From an uncultured Desulfobacterales bacterium (GTDB lineage Bacteria; Desulfobacterota; Desulfobacteria; Desulfobacterales; CAJINA01), in contig CAZYGG010000004.1 of the NCBI GenBank assembly GCA_964647585.1, positions 16,154 through 80,153 of the forward strand: a DNA stretch of 64,000 bases, given 5' to 3'. Below the pieces are notes generated by a model that worked only from the letters and a program-made list of their open reading frames with translations, made no database searches and was not told the DNA's origin. Numbering within the stretch: position 1 is the first letter of the stretch; every line of letters starts with the position of its first letter. A program made the position numbers and the translations under genes. Below are positions 45,800-55,475 of this stretch, piece after piece.

Positions 45800-47821
45800 T
45801 TACATCAGGAACGGAACCATCAGAAGGGCCACAACATTCAGAATCTTGATCATCGGGTTAACGGCCGGGCCGGCGGTATCTTTGTAGGGGTCGCCTACGG
45901 TGTCGCCGGTTACAGCGGCTTTATGGGCATCAGAGCCCTTGCCGCCGAGGTTGCCGTCTTCGATGTATTTTTTAGCGTTATCCCATGCGGCTCCACCGGT
46001 AGTCATGGAGACCGCAACGAAAACGCCGGTTATAATGGAACCGATGAGCAGACCGCCCAGGGCGACTTTGCCCAGCACGAAGCCAACGATCAGCGGTGCG
46101 GCTATCGGCAGAAGGGCCGGAACCATCATCTCTTTGAGTGCGAACTTGGTGACGATGTCAACACAAGCAGCGTAATCCGGTTTGGCGGTCCCTTCCATGA
46201 TGCCCGGGATCTCGGCAAACTGGCGACGGACTTCAACCACAACTGCGGCACCGGCGTTTCCAACCGCCTCCATGGCAATGGAAGCGAACAGGTACGGCAG
46301 CAGACCGCCGATGAAAAGACCCAGGATAACGTTTACGTTAGACAGGTCAAAAGCGATCGTGCCCGTGGCACCGTGAATGGCGAATTCCTGTGTATAGGCT
46401 GCAAACAGAACCAGGGCGGCCAGGGCGGCAGAGCCGATAGCGTAACCCTTGGTAACGGCCTTGGTGGTGTTTCCAACAGCATCCAGCGGATCAGTGATCG
46501 CGCGAACGCTCTCGTCCATCTCGGCCATTTCGGCGATACCACCGGCGTTGTCGGTGATCGGGCCGTAGGCGTCAATGGCAATTACCATACCGGTCATGGA
46601 AAGCATGGACATGGCGGCCATGGCAATCCCGTAAAGGCCGGCAAACGCGTAGGCCAGGTAGATGCTCAGGCAGATGGCCAGGATCGGCAGCGCGGTGGAC
46701 TGCATGGAAACGGCCAGACCGGCAATGATGTTGGTGCCGTGCCCGGTGGTGGACGCTTCGGCAATTCTCTTAACCGGGGCATAAATACCGGTGTAGTATT
46801 CGGTGATGATAACGATGACCACCGTGAGAATCAGGCCGATCAGGGTACAGTAGTAAATGTTCATGGCGGTCAGGTCGCCCAGACCGTTCATGTACTTCAC
46901 AGCGACAAAGTAAAACGCGATGCCTGACAGGATGGCGGAACCGAACATGCCTTTGTACAGGGCGCCCATGACGTAACCGCTGCTGCCCAGTCTGACCATA
47001 AAGCTGCCGAGGATGGAAGCGATAATGGAGATGGCGCCGAGAATCAGCGGAAATTCAGTAGCCATGGCATTTTTCGGAAACAGCAGACTGCCGATCAGCA
47101 TGGCGGCCACTGCGGTTACCGCGTAGGTTTCAAAAAGGTCTGCGGCCATACCGGCACAGTCGCCCACGTTGTCGCCCACGTTGTCGGCGATGGTGGCCGG
47201 GTTGCGCGGATCGTCTTCGGGAATACCGGCTTCAACCTTGCCTACCAGGTCGGCGCCCACATCCGCACCCTTGGTGAAGATACCGCCGCCCAGACGGGCA
47301 AAAATGGAGATCAGGCTGCCACCGAATCCGAGGGCAACCAGGGCCATGATGTCATGCGTAAACATGTAGAAACCGGCTACGGAAGTCAGCGCCAGGCCGG
47401 CCACGATCATACCGGTCACGGTACCGCCCCTGAAAGCCATGGACAGGCCGGCCGCCATGCCGTTTCTGGCCGCTTCAGCGGTCCGGACATTGGCCAGAAC
47501 GGAGACGCGCATCCCGATGTAGCCTGCGCAAAAGGACGCGATGGCGCCGATGGCAAATCCAGCGGCGGTCTTGGCGCCCAGGGTCGCGAAGATAACTGCA
47601 AAAATGATAATCCCGGTGATGCCCATGGATTTCATCTGACGGTTCAAGTAGGCAATCGCGCCTTCCTGGATCGCGCCGGCGATTTCCTGCATTCTTTCAT
47701 TACCCGCGGGGGCACTTTTCACAGCCATCGCCAGGATAAGGGCAAATACAATTCCCACAATACCAACGAGTGTGCATGCCAACGGGATGTTGCTCAACAA
47801 GACTTCCATGCTTACCTCCAT
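45800..47821 (-). CDS. hppA: membrane-integral H+-translocating pyrophosphatase, K+-independent signature
   Basis: '[13 protein letters not shown]', '[12 protein letters not shown]', 'DTVGDPYKD'. '[16 protein letters not shown]' carries Lys/Thr at the positions that are Ala/Gly in K+-dependent enzymes. Confidence 0.95.
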   Translation of the reverse strand: MEVSMEVLLSNIPLACTLVGIVGIVFALILAMAVKSAPAGNERMQEIAGAIQEGAIAYLNRQMKSMGITGIIIFAVIFATLGAKTAAGFAIGAIASFCAGYIGMRVSVLANVRTAEAARNGMAAGLSMAFRGGTVTGMIVAGLALTSVAGFYMFTHDIMALVALGFGGSLISIFARLGGGIFTKGADVGADLVGKVEAGIPEDDPRNPATIADNVGDNVGDCAGMAADLFETYAVTAVAAMLIGSLLFPKNAMATEFPLILGAISIIASILGSFMVRLGSSGYVMGALYKGMFGSAILSGIAFYFVAVKYMNGLGDLTAMNIYYCTLIGLILTVVIVIITEYYTGIYAPVKRIAEASTTGHGTNIIAGLAVSMQSTALPILAICLSIYLAYAFAGLYGIAMAAMSMLSMTGMVIAIDAYGPITDNAGGIAEMAEMDESVRAITDPLDAVGNTTKAVTKGYAIGSAALAALVLFAAYTQEFAIHGATGTIAFDLSNVNVILGLFIGGLLPYLFASIAMEAVGNAGAAVVVEVRRQFAEIPGIMEGTAKPDYAACVDIVTKFALKEMMVPALLPIAAPLIVGFVLGKVALGGLLIGSIITGVFVAVSMTTGGAAWDNAKKYIEDGNLGGKGSDAHKAAVTGDTVGDPYKDTAGPAVNPMIKILNVVALLMVPFLM

Positions 47822-47831
47822 ATTGAAAATG

Positions 47832-48446
47832 TTAAAATTTCGTGATGCTTTTGCTATTAAACTGATTCATGCCTGCGTTAACTCCGTCGCAAAGCACTTT
47901 AACTGCACTTTCCGAAGCCCGGTTGATGAATTCTGCCAGGTGTTCCACCTCCCGGTCGTTAAACTGCCCCAGGACGTGGTCAACCACATCAACATCTTCT
48001 CCGGAACGACCGATACCCAGGCGGAGTCGTGCGAAATCTCCGGTTCCAAGGGTATCTATCATGGATCTTATACCTCTGTGTCCGCCATCGCCCCCTTTCT
48101 TTTTTATTTTTAATCTTCCAAATTCCAGGTCGATATCATCATGAATGACCAATATCTCCCTGTATGATATGCAAAATTTTTCTAAAAAAGCGTTTACCGG
48201 CGGCCCGCTGCGATTCATGTAGCCTTGCGGCTTGAGAACGTACACGGCCAGGTCTTTTATTTCACCCTGCCCGGACTCCAGTTCGGGTGCACTGGCTGTC
48301 AGTCCGATCTTGAACCTGTGGGCCAGGTCGTCAACCACCCGAAAACCGAGATTGTGCCGGGTCTTCCGGTAATCGGGCCCAGGGTTGCCAAGGCCCGCAA
48401 TGAGCTTTATCTGCGAGGATTTAGTATGCAAGGCAGCCCCCGTCAA
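47832..48446 (-). CDS. pth: peptidyl-tRNA hydrolase
   Basis: 'LIAGLGNPG', 'TRHNLGF', '[11 protein letters not shown]', 'GHRGIRS'. Confidence 0.9.
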   Translation of the reverse strand: MTGAALHTKSSQIKLIAGLGNPGPDYRKTRHNLGFRVVDDLAHRFKIGLTASAPELESGQGEIKDLAVYVLKPQGYMNRSGPPVNAFLEKFCISYREILVIHDDIDLEFGRLKIKKKGGDGGHRGIRSMIDTLGTGDFARLRLGIGRSGEDVDVVDHVLGQFNDREVEHLAEFINRASESAVKVLCDGVNAGMNQFNSKSITKF

Positions 48447-48466
48447 ATGTCAGCCCGATCCGAATG

Positions 48467-49147
48467 CTATTTTTCTTTCTCCGCGGTTTCATCCACGTCC
48501 GCGTCCGCATCCGCTTCAGCACCTTCTTCAGCACCCTCTTCACCTTCTTCCAGCTCTTCCTCTTCCTCTTCCACTTCCTCTTCCGCCATCAGGGCACTGA
48601 GGATGGTCAGGATGGTAAAGTCGACATCATGGGGGATCTCAATATCCCCTTCCAGCTTGACATCTTCGACGTGGATCGAGTCGCCGATGTTCAGTTCGGT
48701 GATATCAATTTCAATGGACTCCGGTATTTCACCGGGCATGCACAGAACCTCAAGCTCACGTCGGATGAGCTGGATCATACCGCCCATCTCGATACCGATG
48801 CATTTACCGGTGGTGGTCACCGGCACCATGACATTGATTTTCTTCTTCATATCCACTTCATAGAAATCAACGTGGAGGTAGTCACGGCTCAATGGCGAAA
48901 CCTGCAGTTCTTTGATCATGGCTGTGCGCGCCTCTTTCGCCCCATCGACCGAAATACCAAAGATGGCCTGGCCGGCACTGCCGCCTTTAACAATGTCTTC
49001 CAGTTCGCCCAGATCGATTGACAGCATAACCGGGTCTGTATTGGGTCCGTACAGGACAGCGGGCAGCCGGCCCTCCCGGCGTAGTGTCCGGGACTGGCCT
49101 TTGCCTGTATCTGTCCGGGTAACGGCGTTTAATTCAAGTAACTCCAA
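48467..49147 (-). CDS. rplY: 50S ribosomal protein L25/general stress protein Ctc, with long acidic C-terminal tail
   Basis: 'TGKGQSRTLRREGRLPAVLYG'. TTG 49147 is preceded by AAGGAGG 7 nt upstream; the listed 49210 start lacks an RBS. Tail 'EEEVEEEEEELEEGEEGAEEGAEADADADVDE'. Confidence 0.85.
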   Translation of the reverse strand: MELLELNAVTRTDTGKGQSRTLRREGRLPAVLYGPNTDPVMLSIDLGELEDIVKGGSAGQAIFGISVDGAKEARTAMIKELQVSPLSRDYLHVDFYEVDMKKKINVMVPVTTTGKCIGIEMGGMIQLIRRELEVLCMPGEIPESIEIDITELNIGDSIHVEDVKLEGDIEIPHDVDFTILTILSALMAEEEVEEEEEELEEGEEGAEEGAEADADADVDETAEKEK

Positions 49148-49457
49148 AATAGTTCCTCCTTGATTCAATAACCTTCGGAAAGCTGAAAGAATGGGTTCCG
49201 AACCGCCCAAAGTGGTTCAGAGAAAAAACCCTTCCAGACATACCACCGGTTATTGAATGAAAATTTCTAAGATATCAGTCTCAATTCTCTCCAGCACTTC
49301 TATAAATTTGGGCCAACAACCTCACCGGGTTGCCTAAAACAAGTTCTTGATCTGTTCTATTTTCATATAATCATCGCCGCGGTGACTGGACGGGCTCGCA
49401 ACATCAATTTTCACAGGCTCCCCCGGCAAAAAAGAGTGTTTGCCGATGATTATATTT

Positions 49458-50399
49458 TTATACAAAAAGCGACGTCACTGAATCGCCGGTTGTACTCCGT
49501 ATAATTGCTTCCCCTACGAGTTCCGCAATGGAAAGCACCTCAATTTTTCCACACACCGCCGCCTTGTCACTGAGGGGGATGGTATCCGAGACAATCAGGG
49601 ACTTCAACGGTGACTCTGTAATCCGATCCACGGCCGGTCCGGACAGGACCGCGTGGCTGCAGCAGGCATGCACCTCGCTGGCGCCGTGCTCCATGATGGC
49701 GCTGGCCGCCTGGGTCAGGGTCCCGGCCGTATCCGCCATGTCATCCAGGATCATGGCCACTTTATTTTTTACATCGCCGACCACCGACATCGCCTTGGCG
49801 ACATTGGGAGCGGTACGGCGCTTATCAATGATGGCCAGGTCAGCCCCCAGCCGTTTGGCAAAGGCTCTGGCCCTTTCCGCGCCGCCCGCATCGGGAGACA
49901 CGATGACCAGTTTCTCATGGTCGTAATTTGCCCTTATATGCTTCAATGTGACCGGCGCGGCAAACATGTTGTCCACCGGGATACTGAAAAACCCCTGGAT
50001 CTGTCCGGCATGCAGGTCCATGGTGATGACCCGATCCGCCCCGGCCGTCGTGATCAAATCAGCCACCAGTTTGGCGCTGATGGGGACCCGGGGGGCTACC
50101 TTTTTGTCCTGGCGGGCATACCCGAAATAGGGTACCACCGCGGTAATTCTTTTGGCGGACGACCGGTTGAAAGCATCGATCATCAGGAGCAGTTCCACGA
50201 GGTTATCATTCACTGGATGACAGGTGGACTGAATAACAAAGATGTCTTTCAAGCGCACATTTTCATTGATTTCGATCTGGATCTCACCGTCGCTGAATGT
50301 TTTTACCTTGGCGCCCCCCATGGGCACGTTCAGGTAATCACATATCTTTTTGGACAGAACCGGATTCGAATTTCCTGAAAATATGGCGAAATCGGTCAT
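49458..50399 (-). CDS. prs: ribose-phosphate pyrophosphokinase
   Basis: '[15 protein letters not shown]', '[13 protein letters not shown]', '[11 protein letters not shown]', '[11 protein letters not shown]'. Confidence 0.95.
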   Translation of the reverse strand: MTDFAIFSGNSNPVLSKKICDYLNVPMGGAKVKTFSDGEIQIEINENVRLKDIFVIQSTCHPVNDNLVELLLMIDAFNRSSAKRITAVVPYFGYARQDKKVAPRVPISAKLVADLITTAGADRVITMDLHAGQIQGFFSIPVDNMFAAPVTLKHIRANYDHEKLVIVSPDAGGAERARAFAKRLGADLAIIDKRRTAPNVAKAMSVVGDVKNKVAMILDDMADTAGTLTQAASAIMEHGASEVHACCSHAVLSGPAVDRITESPLKSLIVSDTIPLSDKAAVCGKIEVLSIAELVGEAIIRSTTGDSVTSLFV

Positions 50400-50476
50400 G
50401 ATTAATCCTTTACGGGTTTAAATTTAAAACTATCCCAAAACGTACAAGACGGATTTTCATCCAGTCTATCAGCCGG

Positions 50477-50551
50477 TGGCTGGGGCGGGAGGATTCGAAC
50501 CTCCGAATGCAGGGACCAAAACCCTGTGTCTTGCCACTTGACGACGCCCCA
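50477..50551 (-). tRNA. tRNA-Gln (anticodon UUG), CCA encoded
   Basis: Minus-strand sequence TGGGGCG..GTCaagtggcaaGAC.CAGGG-TTTTGGT-CCCTG.CATTC.GGAGG-TTCGAAT-CCTCC.CGCCCCA-G-CCA folds into a cloverleaf by hand. Confidence 0.9.
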
Positions 50552-50694
50552 TGAGTGAGACTCGAAGCCATCTCAAAAAATCCTTTGAGATCACTTCATG
50601 CAAAGCGTCTCCACAGTCCTGCTTCCAGCCGATACGGGGCCCTTAGACCTCAGTTTAAACAAAAAAAATCGGGCATTTGGATGCACCTGAATCA

Positions 50695-51546
50695 TTAGAC
50701 CAGCAGATCCGCCACGAAAACCCCGTCACCGTAATGGGCAGCGAGGGCCTTTGCCGCAAAGCGGGCGGTCCGGGCATCAGCAAACAGCCCAAACACGCTG
50801 GAGCCGCTTCCGGACATCAACGCACCTGTAGCCCCGTTTTCCAGCAACTTCTTTTTAACAGCTGCAATTTCAGGATATCGTGCAATTACAACTGTTTCCA
50901 AATCATTATACAAATGCTTGGCAGGTATAAACCCATTTTGTTTTAAAGAGAAAGATTTAAGGTGATTTTCACATTTTGTCAATCCCAAATTCAGTTTTTT
51001 GTATACACTGGCCGTCGGAATACTAAATCCGGGATAAATCACAACCACCTTCCAGCGATCGAGCCCGTCAAATGCCGTCAGACGCTCGCCAATACCGGTT
51101 GCCAGGGCCGGCCGGCCGAACATGAAAAACGGAACATCCGCACCGATTGAAACCCCCATGCGGATGAGCTGATCCGTTGAAAAAGGCTGCCCGTAATGCT
51201 TGTTCAAACCCCTTAAGACCGTGGCCGCATTGCTGCTGCCGCCACCCAGCCCCGCCCCCACCGGGATCTGTTTTTCTATCTCGATGGCAACCCGATCGCT
51301 CGCCGGGTACTGTTCGTAGAACAACTCGGCCGCCCGCACAGCCAGGTTGGACCGGTCCTCCGGCACATCGGGAAAAGAGCAGGTGACCGAAATGGCGGTC
51401 GCGCCTGTTCGCAGAACAACCCGGTCGCTTAGACTGATGCAGCCCATGAGCGAGACCAGATCGTGGTAGCCATCCGGCCGCTTGCCGGTCACCTTGAGAA
51501 ACAGGTTAATCTTGGCCGGTGACCCGAGTTCAAGGCTAACGGTCAC
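50695..51546 (-). CDS. ispE: 4-diphosphocytidyl-2-C-methyl-D-erythritol kinase
   Basis: 'PAKINLFLKVTGKRPDGYH' and GHMP motif 'IPVGAGLGGGSSNAA'. Confidence 0.85.
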   Translation of the reverse strand: MTVSLELGSPAKINLFLKVTGKRPDGYHDLVSLMGCISLSDRVVLRTGATAISVTCSFPDVPEDRSNLAVRAAELFYEQYPASDRVAIEIEKQIPVGAGLGGGSSNAATVLRGLNKHYGQPFSTDQLIRMGVSIGADVPFFMFGRPALATGIGERLTAFDGLDRWKVVVIYPGFSIPTASVYKKLNLGLTKCENHLKSFSLKQNGFIPAKHLYNDLETVVIARYPEIAAVKKKLLENGATGALMSGSGSSVFGLFADARTARFAAKALAAHYGDGVFVADLLV

Positions 51547-51890
51547 TATTTGCTCTGCTTGACAAAGTTAATCCGCAGATCATACAGGATGTTCTGCAGA
51601 AGTTTCTCCTCCTCTGTCGAGAGATTGCCCCGGGTCTTTTCCTCAAGCATGACCAGGATATCGATGGTCTGTTTCCCCAGCTCCAGGTTCTTGACCTTCT
51701 GCCCCTGGATCGGATCTTCCATGAGCCCCAGATGCATGAGCGCGGACGCATTCAGGGAAACCACAAAGGTGGAAAAATTCATCTCCGGCAGCGGAATCTG
51801 GCTTTCAGGCCCGGAATCAGGTTCGCCTGCGGCGTCATCGGGGGCGTCTTTCATTATAAACCCCTGTTTTTCCTCTTTGTTCTCTGTCAT
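51546..51890 (-). CDS. DUF1844-like small protein
   Basis: 'MNFSTFVVSLNASALMHLG...DILVMLEEKTRGNLSTEEEKLL' follows the DUF1844 pattern. The stop abuts the ispE start. Confidence 0.6.
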   Translation of the reverse strand: MTENKEEKQGFIMKDAPDDAAGEPDSGPESQIPLPEMNFSTFVVSLNASALMHLGLMEDPIQGQKVKNLELGKQTIDILVMLEEKTRGNLSTEEEKLLQNILYDLRINFVKQSK

Positions 51891-51940
51891 TATTTCCCCT
51901 TTCCTCTAAAATGATGACCCTGTATAAGTCACCGTCCCGC

Positions 51941-53527
51941 TTAAAATTCAAGCGGAATGGCTGTCCTGACCGAGGCCAGGCCTCTGAGCTCTTCAAACAC
52001 ACTATCGGGAATAGGCGTGTCAGTGCACAAGAAGATAATGTTGTTGTCCCCGTCTTCCTCCTGCCCCACCTGCATCCGGCCGATATTGATATTATGGTTG
52101 CCCAGCGTGGTGCCAATTTCGCCTATGGACCCGGGCCGGTCGATATTGTAAATCAGGCCAAGGTGGCCGTTGGGGACCATTTCAAGGCGGAAGGAGTTGA
52201 TGCGTACAATCCGGGGATCATTTTTGCCAAAAATAGTTCCGGAAACCAGACTCGTCGTCTCGGTGGTTACCACTTTGACGGTAATCATGTTCATGTATTC
52301 ATCTGAATCGGCCGTCTCGGTTTCGGTTACCTTGATGCCCCTGTCCTTGGCAATGATCCTGGCATTTACGAAATTGACATCGTCCTTGACTACAGGCAAC
52401 AGAAGACCCCTGAGGCCGGCGGTGGTAACCGGGGAGAGGTCCAGACCCTGGAAATCACCAACATATTCAATGATCACCTCTTTGAGCGCGCCAGTGGTCA
52501 ACTGGGCCTGCAGGCAGCCGATTTTATCGGCAATCGAAAGAAAGGGCCCCAGCTTTTCGAGGAGCTCGCCGGTCACGGACGGCACGTTAACGGCATTGCG
52601 GATTGTCCCGTTTTTAAGATAATCGATAATCTGATCGGCGACCGCCACGGCAACGTTGGTCTGAGCCTCACGAGTGGAAGCCCCCAGGTGCGGGGTGCAG
52701 ATCAGTCGATCCAACCCAAGTAACGGTGAATCTTCCGGCGGTTCGGTTTCAAATACATCCAGCGCGGCACCGGCCACCTTGCCGGACTCCATGGCCGCGT
52801 ACAGGTCATTCTCGTCAACTATCCCGCCGCGGGCACAGTTGACGACCATCACCCCGTCCTTCATCTTGGCAAAGGCATCCTTGTTGATGAGCCCGGTGGT
52901 TTCCTTTAGCTTTGGAACGTGAATGGTAATGTAATCCGCCCGGGTGTATAATTCGTCGAGCGAGGCAGACTCAAACCCTGCTTTTTCAATAACTTCCGGC
53001 GTCACGAACGGATCGTATACAATGACTTTCATCCTGAGGCCCCTGGCCCGGTCGGCCACAATGGACCCGATATTTCCATAGCCGACAACCCCCAGAACCT
53101 TATTATAAATCTCGCGTCCCTGTAGCTTTTTCTTGTCCCAGCGCCCCGCCTTCAACGAAGCGGTTCCCTCGGGGATATTGCGGGAGAGCGATAACATCAT
53201 GGCGATGGCGTGCTCGGCGGTGGTTACTACGTTACCGCCGGGGGTATTCATGACAACCACTCCGCATTTGGAGGCCGCGGGGATATCGACATTGTCCAGC
53301 CCGATGCCGGCGCGGCCCACTACTTTCAGGTTTTTTGCGGCCGACAGGAGGTCTTCGGTCACTTGGGTGGCACTCCTGATAACCAGGCCATCATACTCCC
53401 CGATGATATCCTTGAGTTCATCCGGGGACAAACCGGTTTTTACATCCACGTCTATCCCGTCTTCCTGCGCAAACATTTCGATCCCGATTTCACCCAGCAT
53501 ATCACTTACCAGAACTTTCATCGCCAC
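51941..53527 (-). CDS. serA: D-3-phosphoglycerate dehydrogenase (long form with ASB/ACT domains)
   Basis: 'GRAGIGLDNVD', 'GVVGYGNIGS', 'NCARGG', 'TPHLGAST'. C-terminal ACT-like 'IDRPGSIGEIGTTLG'. Confidence 0.9.
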   Translation of the reverse strand: MAMKVLVSDMLGEIGIEMFAQEDGIDVDVKTGLSPDELKDIIGEYDGLVIRSATQVTEDLLSAAKNLKVVGRAGIGLDNVDIPAASKCGVVVMNTPGGNVVTTAEHAIAMMLSLSRNIPEGTASLKAGRWDKKKLQGREIYNKVLGVVGYGNIGSIVADRARGLRMKVIVYDPFVTPEVIEKAGFESASLDELYTRADYITIHVPKLKETTGLINKDAFAKMKDGVMVVNCARGGIVDENDLYAAMESGKVAGAALDVFETEPPEDSPLLGLDRLICTPHLGASTREAQTNVAVAVADQIIDYLKNGTIRNAVNVPSVTGELLEKLGPFLSIADKIGCLQAQLTTGALKEVIIEYVGDFQGLDLSPVTTAGLRGLLLPVVKDDVNFVNARIIAKDRGIKVTETETADSDEYMNMITVKVVTTETTSLVSGTIFGKNDPRIVRINSFRLEMVPNGHLGLIYNIDRPGSIGEIGTTLGNHNINIGRMQVGQEEDGDNNIIFLCTDTPIPDSVFEELRGLASVRTAIPLEF

Positions 53528-54054
53528 TCTCCCAGTTTTTGATTAATTGTAGCTGTCAATGTGACCCCTCAACATATAAAATTCGGACTGTTTGTCAAGA
53601 ATAAAGCCGGGCAGTTACACGCTATTTTACAGGTCAACCCGCATCCCTTGCCCGGCACCGACCCTAAGAAAGCCAATCCATAAAATGAATCAACTTTAAA
53701 GGCCGTTTTCTAGGCTTCAGAAAGATACCGGTTACATTGTATTTCAGTAAAAACCGCAGCACGCCCAAGGGGAAGGGGCGCTATGAGGTGAGAATGCCGC
53801 TATATAACTATGGATGCCCCCCATTTCACTTCGTGGAGACCGGCCACAGCGGGTAGGTTTTGGTTCTGGGCAAGGCCGCAGCATTCCTGGCAAGCCGAGG
53901 CGTAGACCATCTACGTCGAGGGTTGACAGGAAGCGCCTGTCCGGCATAGCTTTCGGCGACGCCGGAAGAACGCAGCCCGGGCCAATCCGTCTTCGCCAGA
54001 GGCTACGCCGGACACGAAGATGCCCCATCTCAACTCACGGTGTCCGCGGACACC

Positions 54055-54852
54055 TTATTGGCCGACTTTCGTCCTGCGATATTGTATATACCCATCCCGA
54101 AACGCCTCATAAGGATCGAGAGCCGCATCTTTGATGGTTTCGTAGTCGCCTATCCGGAAAGAAGTGGCGTTGACATTCTTGCCGGCCCATACGGCGTAGG
54201 ATAGCTGCCACGGTTCAAGATACGAGAGCGGGTCCACCGCCCAGTTGCCCAGCCGGCCAATGCCATCCCGCAGGGTTGAGGGTCCCAGCATGGGCAGCAC
54301 CAGATAAAATCCGTTGCCAAACCCCCAGTAACCGAGTGTCTGACCGAAATCCTCTTCCGGCGGATTGAGTTCCGGATAGCGCCGGGCTACGTCCGCTAAA
54401 CCCAGAACCCCGGCAGTCGTATTGATGAAAAATTGACCGAATTCGGCGCCCGCATTTTTAAATTTCCCCTGCAGCAGACAGTTCGTAAACCGTACCGGTG
54501 CATAGAGATTGTCAAAAAAATTCAGAGCACATACGCGTATCTCGATGGGCACAACAACCTTATACCCGCGGGCCACCGGTTTGAGAACCCAGAAATAGAG
54601 TTTGTCGTTAAAAATGTGAATTGCGTAGTTTACCGGTTTGAAAGGGTCCGGTACGGAAATGGCCCCGCCGCCGTCATCGTCCAGGTCTTCATCGAAAAAC
54701 TCCTCATCCTCGAAAAATTCCTGGTCTTCGTCCTCGCTATCTTCTTTGAATTCGGTATCCGCAGTCTCTGCCGCAAATAGAGGGGCCGGCAAGATAGCCG
54801 GCCCGGCGAGCATCAGGATTGCTAATATTACTATAATTTTCAACTGCTTCAA
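54055..54852 (-). CDS. mlaA: MlaA/VacJ-family protein (no lipobox Cys; acidic low-complexity insert)
   Basis: 'DPFKPVNYAIHIFNDKLYFWVLKPVARGY', 'GFGNGFYLVLPMLGPSTLRD'. The signal peptide 'ILMLAGPAILPAPLFAAE' has no Cys. 'EDSEDEDQEFFEDEEFFDEDLDDD'. Confidence 0.8.
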   Translation of the reverse strand: MKQLKIIVILAILMLAGPAILPAPLFAAETADTEFKEDSEDEDQEFFEDEEFFDEDLDDDGGGAISVPDPFKPVNYAIHIFNDKLYFWVLKPVARGYKVVVPIEIRVCALNFFDNLYAPVRFTNCLLQGKFKNAGAEFGQFFINTTAGVLGLADVARRYPELNPPEEDFGQTLGYWGFGNGFYLVLPMLGPSTLRDGIGRLGNWAVDPLSYLEPWQLSYAVWAGKNVNATSFRIGDYETIKDAALDPYEAFRDGYIQYRRTKVGQ

Positions 54853-54866
54853 TTCTGTCTCGCTTT

Positions 54867-55475
54867 TTACTCAAGCTTTCCTTTAAGTTTTTTGATGAGA
54901 CTATCCGGGGTACCCTTCTCTTTTGCAAGGAACGTGTTAAACTGGCGTCTGTAATTCAGCACCAACCCGATGCCTTCGACATTTATGTCGTAAACCTTCC
55001 ACTCCCCCGCTTTAAAGCGCACCTTGTAATCAACCGGAATTTCCTGATTCTGTCGTTTAATCACGGTTTTTACAACAGCCTTTTTTTTCGAAAACACCTC
55101 CTCACCAATAAAAAGCACCTGTTCATCCTGATACTCTCCCTGAATCTTGGAGATGTAGGTGTTGCCCAGCAGCTGTGAAAAGACATCGGCAAATTCTTTT
55201 CTCTTTTCAGGGGAAAAGCGTTTCCAGTTCTTCCCGAGCGCCAATGCTGAAATAAGCCTGAAATCGAAAGCCTGGCGTATAATAGCCCACATCTGGTCGG
55301 CCTGCGCGCGACGCTGGGCATCCGTTTCCACCGACTGGTCTCTCAGGAGGCTGATGCCGTCATTAATGGGCTGTCTTACCGCTTCGGTGGCCGGACCGGC
55401 AACCACGGCAAGCGGGCTGCCTAAAACCGCCAGCACCATCAAAACCAGGCAACCGGTGAGTGCTGTACTTTTCAT
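54867..55475 (-). CDS. mlaC: MlaC/Ttg2D-family periplasmic lipid-binding protein
   Basis: Signal peptide; 'FDFRLISALALGKNWKRFSPEKRKEFADVFSQLLGNTY'. ATGA overlap with the upstream gene. Confidence 0.8.
   Translation of the reverse strand: MKSTALTGCLVLMVLAVLGSPLAVVAGPATEAVRQPINDGISLLRDQSVETDAQRRAQADQMWAIIRQAFDFRLISALALGKNWKRFSPEKRKEFADVFSQLLGNTYISKIQGEYQDEQVLFIGEEVFSKKKAVVKTVIKRQNQEIPVDYKVRFKAGEWKVYDINVEGIGLVLNYRRQFNTFLAKEKGTPDSLIKKLKGKLE

Noticed and set aside
53780-53990. Cobalamin-riboswitch-like strings on the plus strand ('AAGGGGAAGG', 'GGTGAGAATGCC', 'GGAGACCGGCC') and an SRP-like 'CCGGAAGAACGCAGC'.
   Set aside because: The motifs are partial and out of register with the consensus as I remember it. 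No plus-strand gene lies downstream to regulate. The putative GGAA tetraloop lacks a closing stem. This needs an Infernal scan rather than a call by eye.
53744-54134. ORFs 53744-54028 (-) and 53814-54134 (+) in the GC-rich block.
   Set aside because: Extremely Arg/Gly/Pro-rich, with no RBS and overlap with the mlaA 3' end. The region is better explained as non-coding structured DNA/RNA.
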